Shown piece by piece: positions 1 through 11,100 of a DNA stretch of 64,000 bases. Both the position numbers and the translations under genes were made by a program. The stretch comes from Rhodospirillales bacterium. Lineage in GTDB: Bacteria; Pseudomonadota; Alphaproteobacteria; Bin95. The stretch spans positions 2,624,894-2,688,893 of the forward strand of contig JAYQLI010000035.1 of NCBI GenBank assembly GCA_038143065.1. The letters run 5' to 3'. Position 1 is the first letter of the stretch; the number at the start of each line of letters is the position of its first letter. The notes under the pieces are model-generated. The model was given only the letters and a program-made list of their open reading frames with translations. It was not told the origin of the DNA and did not search any database.

Positions 1-448
1 TATGGTCCATGGGAGCGAGATACAGGGCGCCGCGATACGCTTTCCCCATCTTCAAGCAGCGATGCTGATGCTTAAGGGAGAGGTGGCAGTTCTTCCTCGT
101 AGGTGTGCTAGGGATTGGACTGATAGCAGGAAAGTCGCAGAAGCTGTCGCTGTTTTATTAAAAGCAAAATCGCGGATGCATAGTCTTTACAATATTTCAG
201 CTGGTAAAAGCTGGACAGTGGCCGATTGGTTAGACGCCCTTACTTCGGTGAGACCAGAACTATGCTGGAGACTTGCAGCGGATGATGAGGAATCAAATGT
301 GGATTTGCACGGTCTTAGTGACCGTAGACCATTATCGATAGACAGATTTTCTGCTGAATTTGTAGTAAATCTCTGGCTAGATCCAACTGAGTCTGCTCAG
401 TCTTTTCTGAGTTGGAAAAAGGCTACCCCAGGCTATTGGGGGAATTAA
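1..448 (+). CDS. NAD-dependent epimerase/dehydratase (extended SDR) family, C-terminal part, truncated by window start
   Basis: ORF 2..448 has RDW...VAEAV and LYNISAG motifs typical of the C-terminal half of extended SDRs; the N-terminus lies outside the window. Confidence 0.6.
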   Translation, partial: MVHGSEIQGAAIRFPHLQAAMLMLKGEVAVLPRRCARDWTDSRKVAEAVAVLLKAKSRMHSLYNISAGKSWTVADWLDALTSVRPELCWRLAADDEESNVDLHGLSDRRPLSIDRFSAEFVVNLWLDPTESAQSFLSWKKATPGYWGN

Positions 449-492
449 GTGATCTTCTTCCACCTTACCTTGAAAGCTGTTTTGCTGAATTA

Positions 493-1281
493 TTAGCAAG
501 CAGCTACGGCACGTCTGGCCATTACTCCAACCAGATGTGCGCGATACTCAGCACTTGCGTGAATATCAGCATTAAGCCCCTCCTCGGAGATCGATGAATC
601 GTTCAACGCGGCAGGGGAAAAATCTTTCGTTAGTGCAGCTTCCATCTCTGTTGCTCGGAACACACATGCACCAGCGCCAGTCACGGCTACTCTCACACCC
701 AAAATTGTTTTTGCTACAAACACGCCAACAATGGCGTATCTTGATGCAGGATTGGGGAATTTTACGTACGAAGCTGTGTGAGGGATTGGGAAATCAACTT
801 TAATGATTACCTCATCTTCTTCCAGAGCCGTTTCGAACATACCTCTAAAAAAGTCATCGCCGCTGATCGACCGTCTGTTAGTTATAACTGTTGCACCCAG
901 TCCAAGCACAGCGGCAGGATAATCCGCTGCTGGATCATTGTTAGCAATTGAACCCCCAATGGTGCCACGATTTCGCACTGCTGGGTCCCCAATTCCACCC
1001 GCCAATTTTGCTAGTGCAGGTATGGCTGTTGATACTTCTTTGGAGTTGGCAACCGTGTCATGGGTAGTCATGGCGCCGATTGATACTGTTTTCTCTGATG
1101 CAGTTATCCCGGTCAGTGATGCTCCAGATAGATCAATAAGATCGCTGGGCATTGCCAGCCTCTGTTTCATGGTTGGCAAAAGTGTCATGCCACCCGCAAG
1201 AAGTTTGCCTTCGTCTGACGCATTTATTTTTGATGTTGCGTCTTCAGCTGAGGAAGCAACTTGGTATTTGAAATTATACAT
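493..1281 (-). CDS. coxM: Molybdenum hydroxylase / CO dehydrogenase-type FAD-binding medium subunit
   Basis: LLAGGMTLLPTMKQRLA and VRNRGTIGGSIANNDPAADYPA FAD-binding motifs. Confidence 0.9.
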   Translation of the reverse strand: MYNFKYQVASSAEDATSKINASDEGKLLAGGMTLLPTMKQRLAMPSDLIDLSGASLTGITASEKTVSIGAMTTHDTVANSKEVSTAIPALAKLAGGIGDPAVRNRGTIGGSIANNDPAADYPAAVLGLGATVITNRRSISGDDFFRGMFETALEEDEVIIKVDFPIPHTASYVKFPNPASRYAIVGVFVAKTILGVRVAVTGAGACVFRATEMEAALTKDFSPAALNDSSISEEGLNADIHASAEYRAHLVGVMARRAVAAC

Positions 1282-1304
1282 TATTTCCTCTTTTGATCTC
1301 TGAC

Positions 1305-1769
1305 TTAGGTCATAGCTCTTGCGCCAGCCATCACTGATTTGACGATGTTATGGTAGCCGGTGCAACGGCAGAGATTGCCTTCTAAGTAGTGACGCACTTC
1401 TGCTTCCGAGGGCGCAGAATTTCTTTTTGCGAGAGCAACAGCACTCATAATCATTCCAGGAGTACAGAAGCCACATTGCAGGCCGTGGTTGTCACGAAAG
1501 GCCTCTTGCATTGGATGTAGATCGTCGCCATTCGCGAGACCTTCGATCGTGGTTATTTCAGAATTGTTCGCTTGAACAGCGAGCATTGTACATGCTTTTA
1601 CTGCCTCACCATTCACATGGATAACGCAAGCGCCGCATTGACTGGTGTCACATCCAACATGTGTTCCTGTGAGACGTTGGTCCTCACGAATAAAGTCGAC
1701 AAGCAGTGTGCGCTCCTCGACCTCACCTGCAACTTGCTTGCCATTAATTGTCATTGATACGCTTGGCAT
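1305..1769 (-). CDS. coxS: Molybdenum hydroxylase / CO dehydrogenase-type small (2x[2Fe-2S]) subunit
   Basis: [10 protein letters not shown]...C, QCGFCTPG and GNLCRCTGY cysteine motifs. Confidence 0.93.
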   Translation of the reverse strand: MPSVSMTINGKQVAGEVEERTLLVDFIREDQRLTGTHVGCDTSQCGACVIHVNGEAVKACTMLAVQANNSEITTIEGLANGDDLHPMQEAFRDNHGLQCGFCTPGMIMSAVALAKRNSAPSEAEVRHYLEGNLCRCTGYHNIVKSVMAGARAMT

Positions 1770-1871
1770 CGCACTCTCCGCAATGAACGCCCCAGCAACT
1801 CTTGCTGATATTCGTTATGTGTGAAAATAATCTTACTCTTGAGGCCCACGGTCAACTTCAAAACATTCTTT

Positions 1872-2515
1872 TTAAAAGAAAGCGTACAGCAAAACCCCTA
1901 GGACAATCGCTAAGCCTAATAGCCATATAGGCAGAGAAATACCTTTTTGAGGAGAGGTTTTTCCCGGCTCCGAGCTAATTGCTGTGTCATCTTCGGTAGC
2001 GGCCGTTTGGTCTGAAGTTGAAGTTTTTGTATCACGGTTTCATTATCAACTTCAGTCTCTGGTCCTGAACTCTGTTCTGCTGCAAGTTTGGCAAATTTTT
2101 CAAAAAATTCGTCGGCAAGTTTACGGGCGGCTCCGTCAATCAACCGAGAACCGATCTGAGCAAGCTTGCCACCTACGCTTGCATCCACACTGTATTTCAG
2201 AACTGTTCCGCCAGCACCATCATCCTCTAGGCTTACAGTTGCGCCGCCTTTAGCAAAACCAGCCGCTCCACCAGAACCTTCTCCATGAATGCGATACCCG
2301 TTTGGAGGATCAATATCTGACAATTGAACCTTTCCTGAAAATCTAGCGCTGACAGGTCCCACTTTCGCTTTAACCTTTGCAGCAAAGCTATCATCGCCGT
2401 CCTGGTTTAACTCTTCGCAACCAGGAATTGATTCACGCAGAACTGTGGGGTTGTTTAATGCGTCCCAGACCACCTGCTTAGGTGCGGGAATTTGGGCTTC
2501 GCCTTGCATTTCCAT
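1872..2515 (-). CDS. coxG: CoxG (SRPBCC) protein with C-terminal membrane anchor; frameshifted in the linker
   Basis: MEMQGE..VWDALNNP..IPGCE..GGKLAQIGSRLIDGAARKLADEFF; the hydrophobic tail GISLPIWLLGLAIVLGVLLYAFF* is read in another frame and ends at 1872. Confidence 0.85.
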
Positions 2516-2742
2516 ATTATCAGTGCCCTTAGAGATTAGCGGTATCGCGCAGCTTGGCTGGCGAATTTTCGTCACTATTCACCAACATATGAGTCCAGAT
2601 ACGATGATTCAATCTCCATTGATACTTCTTTCACCCATCTTTTAATGCCAACAGAGCTTGGCGTTCCGCACGAGCTTATGCATACTCTGTCAAACAATAA
2701 GTTTTGGCGCTTAGAGATAGCTAACCGATTAAACCGCAGGGG

Positions 2743-4174
2743 ATGAGGATGAAATTTCGGATCTTTAGTGCTCTTCTTGCTTTGATAACTTTATCTATAG
2801 CAACACCTGTCCTTGCTGCAGGGGCAGGAGCACCGCATTTAGACGGTGGAGAGTTGGGGCTTCTATGGGTTGTGCCCTTTGCGGGAATACTCCTTTCTAT
2901 TGCAATTTTTCCCTTGTGGCACCAGATTTTTGGCATCATCACTTTGGAAAAATTTCAGCGTTTTGGGCAGCTGCCTTTTTAGTCCCATTTACAATTGTTT
3001 TTGGGGCCTCAATCGCAGTTTATGAAGTGATTCATGTCCTTCTCTTAGAGTACATTCCTTTTATCATTTTATTGTTATCGCTCTTTACTGTAGCTGGAGG
3101 CGTGCGGGTCCGGGGGCGTTTGGTTGGCACGCCAATCCTGAACACTGGGTTTCTTCTATTGGGAACCGTACTAGCAAGTTGGATGGGCACGACAGGTGCG
3201 GCCATGTTGTTAATCCGACCTCTGATGCGTGCGAATGAGAAGCGTAAATACCGCGTCCACACAATAGTATTTTTTATTTTCTTGGTCGCGAATGTTGGGG
3301 GGTCACTGACTCCGTTAGGTGATCCGCCATTGTTTTTAGGATTCCTCAAAGGAGTTGAATTCTTCTGGCCTACAACTCACATGTTCATGCCAATGCTAAT
3401 GGTGTCTCTTATCCTATTGGCCCTCTACTTCGCGATAGACTCAGCGCTCGTTAAAAAAGAAGGTGGGGTGCCGGAACCAGACCCTAATGAAGCCCATGAG
3501 GCCATCGGGATTGATGGGAAAGTTAATTTTTATTCCTTGCAGGGATCGTTGCCGCTGTTCTGATGAGCGGTATTTGGAAGCCACACCTTGAATTTGTTGT
3601 TTATCATGTACATTGGGAACTGCAGAACATAGCCCGTGATATCCTATTAGTGCTGATCGCATACTTGTCATGGAAAATCACCCCTATGCAAAACCGGACG
3701 GCAAACGGATTCACTTGGTTCCCAATCATGGAAGTAGGGAAATTATTCATTTGTATTTTCCTGACTATTGTTCCAGCTATTGCCATCCTAAAAGCTGGAA
3801 GTTCCGGTGCACTTAGTGGTCTGGTCTCGATGGTCTCTACGCCAGAAGGCGAACCAATTAATCAAACCTATTTCTGGTTAACGGGAATTTTGTCCAGTTT
3901 TCTTGATAATGCGCCTACTTATTTAGTGTTTTTCAATACCGCAGGCGGCGATCCACAAGCATTGATGGGACCTATGTCCCAAACACTACTTGCTATTTCT
4001 GCGGGTGCCGTATTTATGGGGGCTAATACTTATATCGGTAACGCTCCAAACTTTATGGTCCGTGCGATTGCTGAAGAAGGTGGTATTCGCATGCCTAGCT
4101 TCTTTGGCTACATGGCATGGTCTGGTCTGATTTTGGTTCCTATTTTCGTGCTAGTGACCTTCGTGTTCTTCTGA
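2743..4174 (+). CDS. Putative sodium:proton antiporter / citrate-transporter-like (IT superfamily) membrane protein; two frameshifts
   Basis: Three consecutive ORF fragments (2743-2982, 2865-3563, 3563-4174) with ANVGGSLTPLGDPPLFLGFL, LSSFLDNAPTYL and GANTYIGNAPNFMV motifs. Confidence 0.75.
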
Positions 4175-4323
4175 GCTTAAAAAACTGATTTTGGCATGGA
4201 AGTTTTTGGCTAGAGGGACTTCGACTGAAAAGCTATAAGCAAAGAACCTGGGTCTCTATAAAGGATTGCAAGATCTGTCAGGAGCTGCTTCTATTTCAGT
4301 TCTTTTTGGGAGTGAAACCGAAA

Positions 4324-4629
4324 ATGGCCGCTTATCTGATTGTTGAAGCAGAGGTGGAAGAAGAAAGCCGTGAGGCCTTTGATCTCTGGTACGAAAACGA
4401 GCACTTGCCTGATGCTATAAAAGCATTTGAAGCAGAGGGGGCCGAGCGCGGCTGGAGCGATGTCACTCCAGGTATTCATATCGCTCTTTACAAATTTCCA
4501 AATTTAGATCGAGCTCGTGCTATCGCTTCCTCTGAGGCGATTAAGACATTAATAGCTGAATTTGATCGTCTATGGGACGGCAAAGTCACCCGCACCCGCG
4601 AAGTTATAGAAATTAAACAAAAACTTTAA
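4324..4629 (+). CDS. Small EthD/dimeric alpha-beta barrel-like hypothetical protein
   Basis: About 101 aa; FDLWYENEHLPD resembles the EthD-like W-Y-x-x-x-H motif. Confidence 0.55.
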   Translation: MAAYLIVEAEVEEESREAFDLWYENEHLPDAIKAFEAEGAERGWSDVTPGIHIALYKFPNLDRARAIASSEAIKTLIAEFDRLWDGKVTRTREVIEIKQKL

Positions 4630-4640
4630 GGAGAGAGGCC

Positions 4641-5414
4641 ATGAACCCTCCTGCACAACCAGCTCTTAGGGCTGTAGACTCAAAATATTCCGAAGCCGAA
4701 TGGAAGGCACGTGTTGATCTTGCAGCTTTGTACCGTCTCTTTGTCAAATATGGATGGACAGATCTGATCTACACTCATATCTCTGCCCGAGTGCCGGGCG
4801 AAGATAACGCGTATTTGATCAATCCTTATGGCCTATTTTTTGATGAAATAACGGCGTCCTCCCTGATAAAGGCGGACTGGGATGGTAACGTGATTGATCC
4901 TCCCGGAGGTGAATATAATGAGGCGGGCCATCTAATCCATACCGCTGTTTTAAAAGCGCGCCCCGAAGTAAATTTCGTCCTGCACACCCATTCACGTGCG
5001 GGGACAGCGGTCTCGGCGATGCAGTGTGGTTTACTCCCATTATCTCAACACTCAAACCTTATCCTTGATCAGGTAGCCTATCACGATTACGCGCAGGTGA
5101 CGTCTGACGAAGATGAGTGTGACCGCTTACAGCGAGATATTGGCGACAAGTATCTAATGGTGCTGAGAAACCACGGATTGCTTGCATGTGGGCGCTCTGC
5201 AGCAGAAGCATTTCACTTCCTTTATTACATGGAAATGAGCTGTAAGATTCAAGTAGACGTATTGGCATCTGGAAAGGATTATATTGTTCCAGATGATGAT
5301 GCGCTCGCCAGTTTAGCCAAATATGGCGCTATTGGTTCAGAGCCTAAAGGCGAACGGGCCTGGCCAGGGCTTCTGCGTGGATTGGACCGTCAGGATCCTA
5401 GCTATCGCACCTAA
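4641..5414 (+). CDS. Class II aldolase/adducin family protein
   Basis: RVDLAALYRL..GWTDLIYTHISARVPG, YLINPYGL, LHTHS and LRNHGLL metal-binding motifs; AAGGAG RBS. Confidence 0.9.
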   Translation: MNPPAQPALRAVDSKYSEAEWKARVDLAALYRLFVKYGWTDLIYTHISARVPGEDNAYLINPYGLFFDEITASSLIKADWDGNVIDPPGGEYNEAGHLIHTAVLKARPEVNFVLHTHSRAGTAVSAMQCGLLPLSQHSNLILDQVAYHDYAQVTSDEDECDRLQRDIGDKYLMVLRNHGLLACGRSAAEAFHFLYYMEMSCKIQVDVLASGKDYIVPDDDALASLAKYGAIGSEPKGERAWPGLLRGLDRQDPSYRT

Positions 5415-5439
5415 CTACGATAGCAATCGGAGTTAATCG

Positions 5440-6637
5440 TTGGCAGATTCGGCTAGGGGGCCCGACAACGCTCCAGGGCGTGCCCGGATACGTTTGCGAG
5501 TAGCTGAGGCAACACCACAATTGATTGGTGAGGTTGCTCGCCTCGGCTTGGGCGATGCGGACGCTATACCTCTATGGTACGGGAAGGGGACATTCCAACT
5601 CCGCACTTTATCTGCGATGCCGCTCATCAAGCTATGGTTGCTGGAGAGACTTTCTACAGTCATAAGCGGGGTCTTCCTGAGCTTAGGGGCGCACTTTCGA
5701 AATATATGACCAATCTCTACGGCCGAGATGTCGATCCAGAACGGGTGACCGTAACCGCTTCGGGCATGCACGGAATTTTGACTGCAATGCAGGCAATTCT
5801 GCAAGCTGGAGATAATTGTGTAATTGTTGGACCGGTTTGGCCTAATGCTCAGGCGGCGGCTGAGGTGGCTGGAGCTGAGGTTAGACTGGTCGCTCTTCAG
5901 GCCAAAAATGGTGTTTGGAATCTTGACCTCGATGCGCTCTTTTTGCTTCTTGCGACCAGAACACTCGAATGATTTTCATTAATTCGCCAGGTAATCCAAC
6001 CGGCTGGATGATGGAAAGGGAACAGCAACAGGAAATTTTGGAATTTTCCCCGCAAGCATGGCATCTGGATTATGTCGGATGAGGTCTACACACGGTTAGT
6101 ATATGAAAGACAAGTAGCACCTTCATTCCTTGATATCTCAGAGCCGGAGGATGCTGTTATTGTCGTTAATAGCTTCTCCAAAAGCTGGGCTATGACAGGC
6201 TGGCGAGTGGGGTGGCTTACGCATCCAGCTTGGTTACACCATGCTTTTAATGAGTTGATCGAGTACAGCGTGAGTTCTGTTCCCCATTTTTACAAAAGGC
6301 AGCATTTGTTGCTGTGACAGAAGGCGAACACCTTGTCCAAGATATCCGCGAGAGGTGCCGCGAAGGAAGAGACATTGTGATGTCAGCTTTACTTGGGCAT
6401 CCAAAAATTGCGTTATCTAAGCCTCAAGCGGCCTTCTACGCATTTTTTCAAGTGCAGGGAATGTACGACAGCTTGGAATGGGCCAAGCAGTTATTCCAAG
6501 AAACAAAAGTTGGAGTTGCTCCTGGCAGAGCATTTGGTCCTGAAGGTGAAGGCTGGATACGTCTCTGTTTTGCATCGTCACCGGAAAATCTGAATAAGGC
6601 TATGGAAAGATTAATGGTGTTCCTTGATCGTGATTAG
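5440..6637 (+). CDS. PLP-dependent class I/II (aspartate-type) aminotransferase; several frameshifts
   Basis: Fragments carry GEGD.PTP, INSPGNPTGW, SDEVY, NSFSKSWAMTGWRVGW (PLP lysine) and WIRLCFA. Confidence 0.85.
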
Positions 6638-7724
6638 CGTCCATCAAACGTTACGCTTTTGATCAACGCAAACACCTGATTGCCTGGTCGCAAATCAAGT
6701 TCATTAAGCGAGGCAAGCGTAATTCGTGCGCGTAGGTTTTCTCCTCCAAGATCGAGTGACACATTGGCAGATCCGGTTGCTTGGTCAGTCGCACAATTAA
6801 CCACTGTCGCAGGCAATATATTACGAATACTGATAGCTTTTGGTGCCTCCAATGCAATAGCCACATCACGTGCTCTGACCCTAATTCTAACCTTGTGTGC
6901 AAGAGGTAGATCAATGAGAGGTGCTGCCAGCTGGCCGCTCGCCAGACTAATTTGTGTCATCCTGTTGCCTTTATCATGGCTAGCAATATGACCAGTCAAA
7001 AGAACACTTTCTTCGAACAATGACACTCCAGCATTAAGGCCAAGGCGTTCGACCATCTCGCTCACCGGTCCAATTCCCACGACCCGGCCTTTGGAAATTT
7101 GGAGAATCAGATCTGATAATCGTGCTACCTCTCCAATATCGTGGCTTACATAAATTATAGGCACGTTTGACGCTGTAGTTAGATTATCAAGGTATGGCAG
7201 ATTTCCTCTTTTGCCAACTGATCAAGACCGGCCAGCGGCTCATCTAAAAGAAGCAAGCGGGGACGTGATAATAAGGCTCGTGCGATGCCAACACGCTGTC
7301 GTTCACCTCCAGAGAGGTTGGTTGGCATTCGTCTCAATAAATGCGAGAGACCCAATAATTCAACAATCAACGATCGATCTATCGGTGTACCTGCACCCTG
7401 GCGTCTTGCAGACCGTTTTTCCGCAAAATCCAGATTTTTGTTCACCGCCAAATGGGGAAATAATTCAGCTTGCTGAAATGCAAAACCAATGGGCCTTAGA
7501 TGAGGCGGAGTGAAATGGTTGGGTGTCTGCCATGCTAAATTCCCAACACTCAGCGAGCCTGGAAGTTTTGTGAGACCAGCGAGGCAACGGAGGATGGTTG
7601 TTTTCCCTGATCCTGACGGCCCAAAAAGTGCAGTCACACCAGATAGAGGAATATCAAAGTCTGCGTCGACTGAAAAGCCGCCTACCTTTCCTTTGAACTG
7701 TGCAATGATCCTATCAGTGTTCAT
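6634..7724 (-). CDS. modC: Molybdate ABC transporter ATP-binding protein with C-terminal TOBE/Mop domain; one frameshift near 7170
   Basis: GPSGSGKT Walker A, LSGGERQRV, LLLDEP; the second fragment has IIYVSHD and SIRNIL...FALIKSV (Mop domain). Confidence 0.9.
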
Positions 7725-7726
7725 GT

Positions 7727-8404
7727 TCAGGATGTCCGCTGATTTTTACTGAGCATAAGAGCGGTGAGAACTACCAGAAAGGAAAATGCAATCATGCCTG
7801 CGGCGAGGATATGAGCTTTGTCCCATTCTAATGCTTCGACGAAGTCGTACAACGCCACTGATGCAACGCGAGTTTCTCCAGGAATATCGCCACCTATCAT
7901 CAAAATGACGCCAAATTCTCCTATGGTATGAGCAAAAGCCAGGATGGCTCCTGTGAGAATTCCACGCTGTGCTAGAGGTAAGGCCAACCGAAAAAATATA
8001 TCCGTTGGGGTTGCGCCTAGGGTCCGAGCTGCCTCCAATGTTGGCTCGCGAATTGACTCAAATGCGTTGCGAATGGGCTGCACGACAAAAGGCAGTGAAT
8101 AGACCATCGAGCCAATTACAAGGCCGGTGAATGAAAAGGCAAGGCTGCGCTCACCCCAGAGATTTGCAAGCCACCCGCCGGGTCCATCTGGACCTAGAGC
8201 CAAAAGCAAATAAAAACCAAGGGCAGTGGGTGGGAGTACCAATGGCATCGCGATTAACGCGGCAAGAGGTTCTTTCCAACCAGATTGGCAGCGCGCTAAA
8301 AACCAGGCAAGTGGCGAACCTATTAATAAGAGTAGCACTGTGGTTACAGAAGCTAGCCTTAAGGTGAGCGAAATTACTGGCCAGAGTTCAGTTAAATGTT
8401 CCAT
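7727..8404 (-). CDS. modB: Molybdate ABC transporter permease
   Basis: PLVLPPTALGFYLL, EAARTLGA and FAHTIGEFGVILMIGG motifs; adjacent to modC. Confidence 0.92.
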   Translation of the reverse strand: MEHLTELWPVISLTLRLASVTTVLLLLIGSPLAWFLARCQSGWKEPLAALIAMPLVLPPTALGFYLLLALGPDGPGGWLANLWGERSLAFSFTGLVIGSMVYSLPFVVQPIRNAFESIREPTLEAARTLGATPTDIFFRLALPLAQRGILTGAILAFAHTIGEFGVILMIGGDIPGETRVASVALYDFVEALEWDKAHILAAGMIAFSFLVVLTALMLSKNQRTS

Positions 8405-8422
8405 TTAGTTTGCCCTGGAAAG

Positions 8423-9924
8423 TCACTTCGAGCTTGCAGATGTTTTGGCAATTGCGAGGGGATCAATTATGCGAGTTGGCTCGATGACCTGAAATCCTCT
8501 TGGCCTTACTTCAAGAATTTCCAGTGGGCGCAAGGCCATACCAGCATTGGACATCCGAACCGACCCATGAGCGCCTTTTATGGAACCTATATTTTTAAGT
8601 TCAATCGGTTTTAGTGGGCGCGACCCAGTGCGGCTAGCCTCAAGTGCTAGCTTCACCGCATCATATGCTACTCCAACGAGTTCAGTAGGAGTATTTCCAA
8701 AAATAGATTTATAACGATTGTTGAAAATATCACCTGACGGCTGAGCTGCAAACTTTCCCCATGCAATTCTCTTGCACGCCTTGGGTCCATTTCTTTCCAG
8801 CGTGATAAGCCAACTAATTGGACGCCCGCTGCTTTTGCATCATAAAGCTGAAACATTGGAGCTACGGTAGAAAGCTCTGCACCGCTGACCGTTAATAGAA
8901 ATGTATCGATCGGACTTTGACCGAGGCCACCAGCAGCAGTGTAGCGATTGATAATAGAGTTAATTGCTGAAATTTTAGGAATGCCGGTAGTTGTCATCCG
9001 TTTGTAAGACTGAGCTAAGCTCTCCAGCAATTCTTTCTCCCGCCCTGAATACTGAGAGGCCATGGAGTTTAAAATACCGTCGGGAGTGTTGGCCTCAATG
9101 AGTTGGGATTTGAGCTGGGCGGCGTTAATTTTCCGGTTGCTTTGCCTAAATTCATTTCTGGTCAGATCCCGCACCCTCCTTGCAACCGAAGTATAATCCT
9201 CGTCCTCATCATATACAGCAAGCTGCACCCTGAGCTGATCCAAGAAATTGGCTTCTCTTTGCGCTTGTTTAACGCTGGCTGCAGCAAAGGGGCCTTGGCG
9301 ACCAAAAATGGCAACGGTTTTTGCTCCTGAACGGGCGGCATGCCGTAAAATTCTTGATGTTTCTAACTCAACTGACTGGCCCATTAAAAAGATATTAGAG
9401 CTGATAATCCGGCTGTCTTTTGAAAAAGATAGAGCAATCAACCCTGATTCTATTAGGATGGGAGAGATGGCCGTGGCGTCATGGCCAAAAAGTGGGCCAA
9501 CGATAATATCTGTTTTGGACGCACTAGCTTCAGTGGCTGCTTTTAAAATGTCGCTTGCGGTGTCAAAAGAAACTAATTCTGCCACAACATCAGGTGTGTC
9601 TAGTAATGCCATGGCAGCGCCGTTAGTGATCTCCCTACCAGCAATCTCGTTCGCTCCAGAAAATGGAGCGAGTAATGCAATTTTTACTGGGCGAGAGCGG
9701 ACTAATGGTAGAGGTTTGATATTCGTACTTGGTGCTTGGGCTGATATTTCTGATGCTGTGGATGTTTCTTTTGAAGACACTTTTGTAGTCGGTTGGTTAG
9801 GTGTGAGAGGACCTGTTTGATTGGTCTGGCTAGCAGCCAGAGAAAAAATAATCCAGGCTACGGAAACCCTGCGGAAGGGGTTCCCCATTGAAAAACCATG
9901 TTTTTCAACAAACAGCTTCTCCAA
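8423..9924 (-). CDS. Penicillin-binding protein activator LpoA/LppC-like periplasmic-binding-fold protein; frameshift near 8700-8760
   Basis: KIALLAPFSG, IIVGPLF and C-terminal YDAVKLA..GAHGSVR..G.ALRPLEILEV patterns resemble the LppC/YraM family; start codon uncertain. Confidence 0.6.
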
Positions 9925-10023
9925 ACATGCGCAAACAATTGATTAACTCTTTACTAGACAAGCATAAGACTTCGGCGCAATCGTAATAGCAAGAACTGGG
10001 CGAAATTAAGGACGCAAAGGCAA

Positions 10024-10962
10024 ATGACCAAAATAGCAATAATGGATGATTATCAGGGAGTGGCCCTATCTGCTGCGGATTGGACTGGCCTAAATGTAAC
10101 GGTTTTTCGGGACCATCAAGCAGACCAAAGTCGAGTAATTGAGCGTCTGAAGCCCTTTGAAATTGTTTGTTTGATGAGAGAGAGGACTGCTTTCCCTAAG
10201 TCGGTGATTGAAGCATTGCCAAATCTCAAATTAATTGTCACCACAGGCATGAGGAATGCTTCCATCGATATGGATGCGGCTCGAGAACGAAATGTCTTAG
10301 TAACAGGCACGAGAGGTAGTTCTACCCCCACACCAGAGCTTGCTATGGGGTTAATTCTCTCTCTTGCGCGCTCTATCCCTCAAGAAGGACGGAGGATGCG
10401 CCGAGGTGAGTGGCAGACTACTATTGGTAAAAGCCTAAACGGCGCAACGCTCGGCCTTCTTGGCCTTGGTAAGCTTGGCCAACAACTCGCGGTGTATGCG
10501 CGCGCATTTAACATGAATTTGATTGCCTGGAGCCAAAATTTAACTGAGGAGACTTGCAAGGATCACGGAGCGAAGTTGGTAGATAAGGATACCTTGTTTA
10601 GAGAGTCAGACTTTATTTCAGTTCATTTGGTGTTAAGCGATAGAACAACAGGTCTAGTTGGAGGTGACGACCTTGCAAAAATGAAGTCAACGGCATGTAT
10701 TGTGAATACCTCTCGTGGTCCAATAATCGACGAGGAAGCTTTGCTTGCTGCTCTCCAGACTAGATCTATTGGTGGGGCAGGGTTGGATGTCTATGGAGTT
10801 GAACCTCTGCCATCAGATCATCCCATTCGTACTTTAGACAATGCTATTTTAACTCCTCACCTTGGGTATGTAACTGAGGACACCCTGGATATTTTCTATC
10901 GGGAATCAGTTGAATGTGTGAGGGGTTGGCTGGCGGGTGACCCTGTCAGGGTTATTTCTTAG
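10024..10962 (+). CDS. D-isomer-specific 2-hydroxyacid dehydrogenase
   Basis: KIAIMDDYQ, MRERT, GLGKLG, VNTSRGPI and TPHLGY motifs. Confidence 0.9.
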   Translation: MTKIAIMDDYQGVALSAADWTGLNVTVFRDHQADQSRVIERLKPFEIVCLMRERTAFPKSVIEALPNLKLIVTTGMRNASIDMDAARERNVLVTGTRGSSTPTPELAMGLILSLARSIPQEGRRMRRGEWQTTIGKSLNGATLGLLGLGKLGQQLAVYARAFNMNLIAWSQNLTEETCKDHGAKLVDKDTLFRESDFISVHLVLSDRTTGLVGGDDLAKMKSTACIVNTSRGPIIDEEALLAALQTRSIGGAGLDVYGVEPLPSDHPIRTLDNAILTPHLGYVTEDTLDIFYRESVECVRGWLAGDPVRVIS

Positions 10963-11100
10963 CTAATTCAATCGCAGGAATTAAATAATTGACTCGCACG
11001 CTATTCCAAGGCGGGTTATTGTATCGGGAAGTGTCTATGGCGGAATTCGCTTTAGATACGTTTTAAAGCTTTAAAAGTAGTAAACAGGGAGAATAAAAAT

